Source of the DNA: Candidatus Collierbacteria bacterium RIFOXYD2_FULL_45_13
GTDB lineage: Bacteria > Patescibacteriota > Microgenomatia > UBA1400 > MFAQ01
Direction of reading: 5' to 3'
DNA: 64,000 nucleotides
Assembly: GCA_001774685.1 (NCBI GenBank)
Contig: MFAS01000001.1
Coordinates: forward strand, 415,557 to 479,556
In this document: piece after piece, positions 55,740-62,151 of the stretch
Position numbering within the stretch: the first letter of the stretch is position 1
Layout of the letters: each line of letters begins with the position of its first letter
Program-made: the position numbers and the translations under genes
The notes under the pieces: generated by a model
Databases searched by the model: none
Told to the model about the DNA's origin: nothing
The model's input: the letters and a program-made list of their open reading frames with translations, nothing else

Positions 55740-56890
55740 TGCCGCGTTCTCCTTCCTGTTTCCAAACGACGGATTGCCTCTTTGTCCAAACTCGTCATAC
55801 TATCCGGCGCCAACATCAAATACACACCCTCCTTTTTTAATTGGCTGATAATCTGAGTTTGAAAGGCGAGGGATACATCTTCAAAGTCACGAGGAACTAG
55901 ATAGAAGACCATGGTAGTAGCGTCTTTTCGGTACTTGGCAATCAGTTTTTTCAAACTTCCCAAATCGTTCAGAAAATATTTTTGAATTTCTCCATCCGAC
56001 CTGGCTCGGACCAGTACCACCATGCGCTGGCCGGCAGAGAGCATTTTATTCTCATCGATCCACGGAATCATTAGTTCAGTGTCGGCATGATATATTTTGG
56101 CAAAATAAACCGAGTCAAAATCAATAGCCAGAGGGGATTCTTCATCTTCCGACTCCACGATTTGACCACCTTCAAACAGCTCGGTTCTGAGCAGTTTTCT
56201 ATCCAGCACTCCTCCCAAGATCGCCGATCCGGCTACTCGTAGGTCGTTGAGATACAAGTGTCTGTCTTCAGGATCCGAGGCACTTTGTAGCAACCTCTCC
56301 GGGTGACGGCTGCCGAGAATAATAGATTCTGCTTCCGACAAACTCCAGACTCCTCCCATTATCAAGAAACATACTCTCTCTGGAGAAATTAGTTTATCTA
56401 CTGCCATCTTCATAATCTTTTCTTTGGCTGTCTGAGAAAATCCGGCCAGACCAAGATACAATTGTCGTGCTTCAAAAGGCGTAATATGGCCTTCAAAAAC
56501 ATGTTTGAGCTTGACACCCATCTCGATAGCTAGGTCGCAAATGTAGGCAGGAACCCGGCCACCCTCGACATTCGAAGTAAAGACGATTTCCATCGACCCG
56601 CCACATTTGTAGCTTTCGGAAAGTAAAAAACCCAGAGCTACTTTTGCTCCGCTGTTTTCTACATACTGCGGGGGGTTGGCAATCAGACAGACGTCGACCT
56701 CTAGAAAGTTTCCTTTGCGGTTATGTTTAACCACCAAGAGCGAAAAAACAATATCTCTTGAACACCAGCGGTAAGGCCGATAGTCAAAGTTTTTTGGCAG
56801 CTTATTTCTTTTCCGGAACGAATTCTCATAATCGGTTACATGTTTCTTAAATGCTTCAAGACCATGCAGAACCTCTTCGGTTGTCGGCAT
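55736..56890 (-). CDS. Hypothetical protein
   Basis: 384 aa, SD GAGGAG; conserved-looking block 'FLLSESYKCGGSMEIVFT..VEGGRVP'. Confidence 0.8.
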   Translation of the reverse strand: MPTTEEVLHGLEAFKKHVTDYENSFRKRNKLPKNFDYRPYRWCSRDIVFSLLVVKHNRKGNFLEVDVCLIANPPQYVENSGAKVALGFLLSESYKCGGSMEIVFTSNVEGGRVPAYICDLAIEMGVKLKHVFEGHITPFEARQLYLGLAGFSQTAKEKIMKMAVDKLISPERVCFLIMGGVWSLSEAESIILGSRHPERLLQSASDPEDRHLYLNDLRVAGSAILGGVLDRKLLRTELFEGGQIVESEDEESPLAIDFDSVYFAKIYHADTELMIPWIDENKMLSAGQRMVVLVRARSDGEIQKYFLNDLGSLKKLIAKYRKDATTMVFYLVPRDFEDVSLAFQTQIISQLKKEGVYLMLAPDSMTSLDKEAIRRLETGRRTRQ

Positions 56891-56899
56891 ATTCTCTCC

Positions 56900-57376
56900 T
56901 CATCTTAGTTGTGTTACATCAACGAGCTGAGATTCCGGGTCGATATGAATTACCAAGAACTCAACATTAGCCGCTCCAACCCGAAGAATTTCTTCTCCGA
57001 TCATTGCATTGGCAGCCGAATAGAAACTAGAAGTTGGGTCACACATCAGGGTGGCTTTGTACTCTACCCACTCGACAGACCCTTCCCGTCCGTGAACTGT
57101 ATCTTTCAAAGATGCCACTCCGGAAGACTTGGTGGCCTTTGCCTCCACTATTACGAGCTTACCGGCTCCATCTCGAAACACGTTGTCATAGCCATGAATT
57201 TTTTTGTCAAATCGCTCTGTTCCCAAATTTAGTTCTTTGACAGCGTGCTCCGTAGCCATTTGTTCTCCCAGATCACCCTGCCAGATGTTTCCATATCTCT
57301 GGACAGTATTTAAGACAACCAAAGCAATATAACCCGCATCTTCTTCGGTCGGAATTTTTCCGCAGCATTGGGACAT
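56900..57376 (-). CDS. PD-(D/E)xK nuclease resembling polymorphic-toxin nuclease tips
   Basis: 'GDLGE...HGYDNVF...LVIVEAKA...GREGSVEWV'; SD AAAAAGGAG. Confidence 0.7.
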   Translation of the reverse strand: MSQCCGKIPTEEDAGYIALVVLNTVQRYGNIWQGDLGEQMATEHAVKELNLGTERFDKKIHGYDNVFRDGAGKLVIVEAKATKSSGVASLKDTVHGREGSVEWVEYKATLMCDPTSSFYSAANAMIGEEILRVGAANVEFLVIHIDPESQLVDVTQLR

Positions 57377-57470
57377 ATAGGCTCCTTTTTCTAACCCTAG
57401 TTTTCAAAGTTCATCTACGCTTATGGATGAATTCTACCACCACGTAGGTTCAAAATGATAAAATATTTTT

Positions 57471-58064
57471 ATGGATCAGCAAATACACGTTAAGGCCCAA
57501 ACTCTCTACGGGTTAGCAAGACAAGCTGGCCTCATCACCTCAGAACCCTTTTCCACTGTTTTTTCCCAAGAAATACTCCGGGGAATTTCGGAGATGTTAG
57601 ACCGTGAGAGGACCTTTCTAATTCACTCAAAACCAAAGACCGAAGATCCAGAAAAGCTTTGGAAGGAGGGAATTGATCTCAAGATTTCCGAGTTAGTTGC
57701 TCAGGAGTTGCTAGATTTTCTCCAAAACATTCACAAGGCCTTTAGTGTTGCTTACGACCAGCCTGTCGAGGATGTTGTTTTCAATTTCCGCACTGTCTCC
57801 GAAGATCTCAGCATTTCGGACTTAGGTGAAAAGCAAGAAAACGGCAAGTGGTTTCAAGGTATGAAAATTGATGAAGAAACTTTTTGGTACCTGGCCGATG
57901 AGCCGGCTCTGGTCCAGGACACCCTCCATGATATAAATCAAAAGCTCTCTCCTCTTTCCAAGGGCATCCTGCGTGCAGACTTCCGAGATCAGGATCAATA
58001 TGTCGTCATTGATCTAAAACATCTCCCTGAATTTGAAAAATTTGGTTTTTCCTCGGTATCGTGA
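57471..58064 (+). CDS. Hypothetical protein
   Basis: 197 aa; TAAAAT-N6-ATG. Confidence 0.7.
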   Translation: MDQQIHVKAQTLYGLARQAGLITSEPFSTVFSQEILRGISEMLDRERTFLIHSKPKTEDPEKLWKEGIDLKISELVAQELLDFLQNIHKAFSVAYDQPVEDVVFNFRTVSEDLSISDLGEKQENGKWFQGMKIDEETFWYLADEPALVQDTLHDINQKLSPLSKGILRADFRDQDQYVVIDLKHLPEFEKFGFSSVS

Positions 58065-58146
58065 TAATATATTCTTGAGATCAGCCCGTATCGCGTAACT
58101 TCTGTTACGTGACTAGGTTGATCTCAATTTCTTTCAAAACTGCCTA

Positions 58147-58175
58147 TTGACACTGGTTTCATTGTAACTTACAAT
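58147..58175 (+). promoter_or_regulatory. Sigma70 promoter
   Basis: TTGACA-17 bp-TACAAT. Confidence 0.75.
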
Positions 58176-58181
58176 CATAAA

Positions 58182-58262
58182 TAGTCGAGAACGCAAGTTT
58201 TCGATCAGAGATACTAGCAATAGTAAATCGGAAAAAGGCTCCGCAAGGAGTTCTTTTTCTTT
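58182..58262 (+). ncRNA. Candidate small RNA with three GCAA-tetraloop hairpins
   Basis: TCGAGAAC-GCAA-GTTTTCGA; TACTA-GCAA-TAGTA; CTCC-GCAA-GGAG plus T tract. Confidence 0.55.
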
Positions 58263-58296
58263 ATATACCCCTCCATTCTGTTATAGTTGGTATAAA

Positions 58297-59196
58297 GTGA
58301 AACAAATCCTGCCCGTGTTGTTTCTTTTTCTGTTGTTCTTCCTTATATCTCCTCCTCACACACTTGCAGTTTCCTTCACTATTGATAATCCCGTCAGAGA
58401 AGGGGATTACTATATCGTCGATGCCAGCGTTTCCGGGATCTCTTCCTCCTCAGCTTACGTCTTTGGTATGTTTACCAACAAGGACAATCCTGATTATTTC
58501 GGTTTCACTTGGGGTCAGAAAGAAGATTGGGTCGAGTATCAATCCACCACCAAAGAGTTTATTTCGGCCAATTTACCCATTCTTTTGAGGGACACACTTC
58601 AAAAAATTTGGATCAAACCAAACTATCAAAACCCAGGTTACAAAGGACCGGGTGATTACTATCTGAAACTCAAACGATACACCGGCTCGTCCGACGGGTC
58701 AGCTGGTGATTCAAATGTACTAACCATCCATCTTATGGAGACCACCCCAACTCCAACGCCCACCGAAGAAAGTACCACCACTCTTACTCCAACTCAGACT
58801 TCCACTCCTACTACAAGCTCAGTCCAAGAGCCGACTGTTACTTTGAATCCTACCAAGACTCCTACACCAACGGCCATTAAAACCCCTACCCCAACTCCTC
58901 TTAAAACATCCACTCCTACCAAAACACTCACACCCACCCCGCCCGTCATTGCGAACCCCACTTTAGTGGGGCGTGGCAATCTCACTCCACCCGATTCCTC
59001 TCGCTCCTCCATTCTCGGCATGTCAACCGCGTCTGCGTCTCCGGATGTCATCATTGCGAGGAGCGGAAGTGACGCGGCAATCTCAAATTCAAGAAGTGCT
59101 TTCAACGCTTCAAATCTCAAATACACCTTTATTTTTGGGGTCATCATCACCTCACTTTCCGGAGGTGTCCTGTATTTTAGACACCGGAACGTCTAA
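58297..59196 (+). CDS. Secreted, C-terminally anchored surface protein with a Thr/Pro-rich stalk
   Basis: Signal peptide, (TPTP)n region, C-terminal TM helix. Confidence 0.8.
   Translation: MKQILPVLFLFLLFFLISPPHTLAVSFTIDNPVREGDYYIVDASVSGISSSSAYVFGMFTNKDNPDYFGFTWGQKEDWVEYQSTTKEFISANLPILLRDTLQKIWIKPNYQNPGYKGPGDYYLKLKRYTGSSDGSAGDSNVLTIHLMETTPTPTPTEESTTTLTPTQTSTPTTSSVQEPTVTLNPTKTPTPTAIKTPTPTPLKTSTPTKTLTPTPPVIANPTLVGRGNLTPPDSSRSSILGMSTASASPDVIIARSGSDAAISNSRSAFNASNLKYTFIFGVIITSLSGGVLYFRHRNV
58945..58990 (+). repeat. Palindromic repeat copy F (in-frame within a CDS)
   Basis: GTCATTGCGAACCCCACTTTAGTGGGGCGTGGCAATCTCACTCCAC. Confidence 0.8.
59051..59085 (+). repeat. Palindromic repeat copy G (in-frame within a CDS)
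   Basis: TCATTGCGAGGAGCGGAAGTGACGCGGCAATCTCA. Confidence 0.75.
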
Positions 59197-59206
59197 AATA
59201 ACCTTT

Positions 59207-59596
59207 ATGAAGAAATTTTTTCATAGATACCTTCCGGTAGTCCTTTGGATGCTCCTTATTTTTCTGATGTCTTCAAAGTCTGATTTGCCGGTGAATGGCA
59301 CCATCACCGAAGACTTTCTTTCTAAGAAGCTAGCTCACATCTTCGAATACGCCGTGCTCATGTTCTTTATGTTTCGGGCGGTGGGAGAGAAAAGCCCCGC
59401 CAGAGCTTTCCTCTACTCACTCGTTTTTGCCTTTACCGATGAGATTCACCAGCTCTTTATACCCACCAGAACCGGTAAACTTCGCGACGTAGGGATTGAC
59501 TCGATAGGTTTGATCTTAGCTTCAATTTCAATTATCAAACTCTCTACATGGAACAGCTTTTTGTTAGTTCATCCACTGAAGAAACTCAAGAAATAG
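59207..59596 (+). CDS. VanZ-like membrane protein
   Basis: 'KLAHIFEYAVL..AFTDEIHQLFIP.R.G..RDVGID'; start MKKFFH. Confidence 0.88.
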   Translation: MKKFFHRYLPVVLWMLLIFLMSSKSDLPVNGTITEDFLSKKLAHIFEYAVLMFFMFRAVGEKSPARAFLYSLVFAFTDEIHQLFIPTRTGKLRDVGIDSIGLILASISIIKLSTWNSFLLVHPLKKLKK

Positions 59597-59985
59597 CCTC
59601 CCGCCTCGCCACCAAATTGGAACAGGGGACTACTGTCTGTCTTTATGGAAATCTGGCGGCAGGTAAAACTACCTTTACCCAAGGACTGGCTGCATTCTTC
59701 CGGATTCCTCGTCTGGTCTCACCTACTTTTATCATCATGCGCCAGTACCCAGTAACCTCACACCCTGTGATCAAGACCCTCAATCATCTAGACCTCTATC
59801 GTCTCAATTCCGTCGAGGAGATCAAGGCGTTTGACGTCGAAGAAATCTGGTCCGATCCCAGCAACTTACTCATCATCGAATGGCCGGAAAAATTTGTGGA
59901 CATTCTTCCTCACAAAAGAATCGACATCTTCCTCAAAGCCACCACCGATGACGAACGCGAAATAAAAATCATTACTCACTGGTAA
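59548..59985 (+). CDS. tsaE: tRNA threonylcarbamoyladenosine biosynthesis ATPase TsaE
   Basis: 'GNLAAGKTTF', 'SPTF', 'HLDLYRL', 'IEWPE'. Confidence 0.95.
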   Translation: MEQLFVSSSTEETQEIASRLATKLEQGTTVCLYGNLAAGKTTFTQGLAAFFRIPRLVSPTFIIMRQYPVTSHPVIKTLNHLDLYRLNSVEEIKAFDVEEIWSDPSNLLIIEWPEKFVDILPHKRIDIFLKATTDDEREIKIITHW

Positions 59986-60023
59986 CTTGATTGCATTATC
60001 CGAGTATATAATGAGGTACAAAT

Positions 60024-60407
60024 ATGTCATTACTTCCTGAAATAGAAACCGGTTCCCATCATAATATTAGTTATTCGCGCTATCAAGAACTAGGAGGAAT
60101 TATCAATGAAGATGATTACCGGAGTGTCCTAGAGCGAGCAGCTCGGACCCATGTAACGACCGAATCATTAATTAGTCAAGCAAAATACACCGCCAGACCG
60201 GCCGGTATAGATCTGAGTAAGATCGAAGGTGGTCCCGATGGAATAATAAATCTATATGGGGTTCTCCGCACCGACATAAATCCTGGAGCTGTCCACCACC
60301 ACGGCCAAATGTCTGATCAAAGGTTATTTGTTGAGGCTCTCAGAATGCTCGACTACCCCGACTTATTGGAAAAAGTGATTAGTGTATACCCCAACATTGA
60401 TTTCTAA
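60024..60407 (+). CDS. Hypothetical protein between tsaE and tsaB
   Basis: 127-aa ORF with its own TATAAT. Confidence 0.65.
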   Translation: MSLLPEIETGSHHNISYSRYQELGGIINEDDYRSVLERAARTHVTTESLISQAKYTARPAGIDLSKIEGGPDGIINLYGVLRTDINPGAVHHHGQMSDQRLFVEALRMLDYPDLLEKVISVYPNIDF

Positions 60408-60425
60408 TAACTTCATCCGAACTTA

Positions 60426-60764
60426 ATGAAACTTTTTTTGGACTCCACCGACAACACCCGAGTTCTCGTCCGTTTGGATAATAAAGAATTTGTAAATCAT
60501 GTCGATTCACCGCGCAATCAAGATGTTTTTGGTTTTCTTCTTTCTTGTGTGGAAATAGAAAATCTTAAGCAGGAAGATATTACCGAGGTCGAGGTCAACT
60601 GTGGACCAGGCTCCTTCACCGGTACTCGTATCGGTGTGTCCATTGCTAACGCTCTCGGTTTTGCTTTGGGCATCCCAATCAATGGCCAAAAGAATCCCGT
60701 CGAACCCATCTATTCCTCTGCTCCCAGCATCACTCCTTCCAAACAAACTAAGGTTTCGATTTGA
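60426..60764 (+). CDS. tsaB: TsaB, short single-domain form
   Basis: 'GPGSFTGTRIG..ANAL' and terminal 'PIY'. Confidence 0.85.
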   Translation: MKLFLDSTDNTRVLVRLDNKEFVNHVDSPRNQDVFGFLLSCVEIENLKQEDITEVEVNCGPGSFTGTRIGVSIANALGFALGIPINGQKNPVEPIYSSAPSITPSKQTKVSI

Positions 60765-60795
60765 CCAAGATCATCTTTTCCGTTATGCTTTTCTC

Positions 60796-62085
60796 ATGAA
60801 GAAAGCAATTAATTTTGTTCTATCGCTCGCATCCGGACTTCTGATCACCAGCTCGATGACTTTAATGGTCAGAGCTCAGGGCCGTGATGGAGTAACTAAC
60901 GGAAACATCCCCGATTCATATATAGTAGTTTTCCATGAAAACGTCACTGCTCCAGAAGAGCACGCAAATGGAATGGCCCGTAAATATGGATTGGGTCTAA
61001 CCTACATATACAGTCATGCCATCAAAGGTTTTTCGGCGACTATTCCTGCCGTCAGGCTTGAACAGATCAAAAAAGATCCCTCGGTAAAATTTATTAGCCA
61101 AGATCGGATGGTTTCAGCTGATGTCCATGTACAAGGCAAACCGAATCCATCACCGGTTCCCCAACCTACGCAAGTTATCCCTAACGGTATCAAGCGAATA
61201 GGCAGGAATACCACCGATTTGGGAACAAATATCGGCGTTGCCGTTATCGATACCGGCATCGATCTCAAACATCCCGACCTGATTGAAAATATTAAGGGAA
61301 ACATCACCTGTGTGAACAGAACGACTACCGGTAATGACGATAATGGACACGGTACACATGTTGCCGGTACTATCGCCGCCAGAGATAATGCTATTGGAGT
61401 GATCGGTGTCGCTCCCGAGGCCAATCTCTACGCTGTAAAAGTTCTGGACAAAAGAGGTAGTGGTTCTTGGTCATCCGTCATTTGCGGCATCGACTGGGTC
61501 ACGAAATGGGTCAAGGATCACCCAAACACTATTCAAGTAGCCAATATGAGTCTTGGCGGTAGTGGTAATAGCGACAAAAACTGTGGCAATACTGATGGTG
61601 ATGCTCTTCACCAAGCCATTTGTAGATCAAGAGATGCAGGTATTACTTATGTTGTCGCCGCCGGAAACGAAAAAGATGATGCGGCCAACCATGTCCCTGC
61701 GGCTTACGACGATGCGGTTATTACGGTCTCGGCACTTGTGGACACCGATGGTTTGTCGGGAGGTTTGGGGAGTAATACCAACTATGGTAACGACGACACT
61801 TTTGCTTCTTTTAGTAACTTTAGTCCCATCATCGTAGATCTGGGTGCTCCCGGAGTTTCCATTCACTCGACCTGGAAAGGGGGAGCTTACAATACTATTA
61901 GTGGTACCAGTATGGCCACACCTCACGTTGCCGGTGCCGCCGCACTATATATATTGAACAATCCCCAGTCATCTTGGGTCGACGTCAAAGATGGTCTGAT
62001 CAGCTCGGGTGAAGCCAACGGTTTTGGCCACACAGATCCCTCCCTTTTACATCCAGAAGTGGTTCTTCGTGCGGGAAATTTATAG
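60796..62085 (+). CDS. Secreted subtilisin-like (S8) protease with I9 propeptide
   Basis: 'AVIDTGID', 'HGTHVAGT', 'GTSMATPHVAG'; start MKKAINF. Confidence 0.95.
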   Translation: MKKAINFVLSLASGLLITSSMTLMVRAQGRDGVTNGNIPDSYIVVFHENVTAPEEHANGMARKYGLGLTYIYSHAIKGFSATIPAVRLEQIKKDPSVKFISQDRMVSADVHVQGKPNPSPVPQPTQVIPNGIKRIGRNTTDLGTNIGVAVIDTGIDLKHPDLIENIKGNITCVNRTTTGNDDNGHGTHVAGTIAARDNAIGVIGVAPEANLYAVKVLDKRGSGSWSSVICGIDWVTKWVKDHPNTIQVANMSLGGSGNSDKNCGNTDGDALHQAICRSRDAGITYVVAAGNEKDDAANHVPAAYDDAVITVSALVDTDGLSGGLGSNTNYGNDDTFASFSNFSPIIVDLGAPGVSIHSTWKGGAYNTISGTSMATPHVAGAAALYILNNPQSSWVDVKDGLISSGEANGFGHTDPSLLHPEVVLRAGNL

Positions 62086-62151
62086 CATTTCCCTTAGTGT
62101 CTGCGTTTTCATCTTGACGTAGCTTATAATCCATGCGACAATCGCATCATA

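Noticed and set aside
5066-59085. CRISPR array interpretation of the GTCATTGCGA repeats
   Set aside because: The copies are dispersed, variable inside and not regularly spaced; there are no cas genes in the window.
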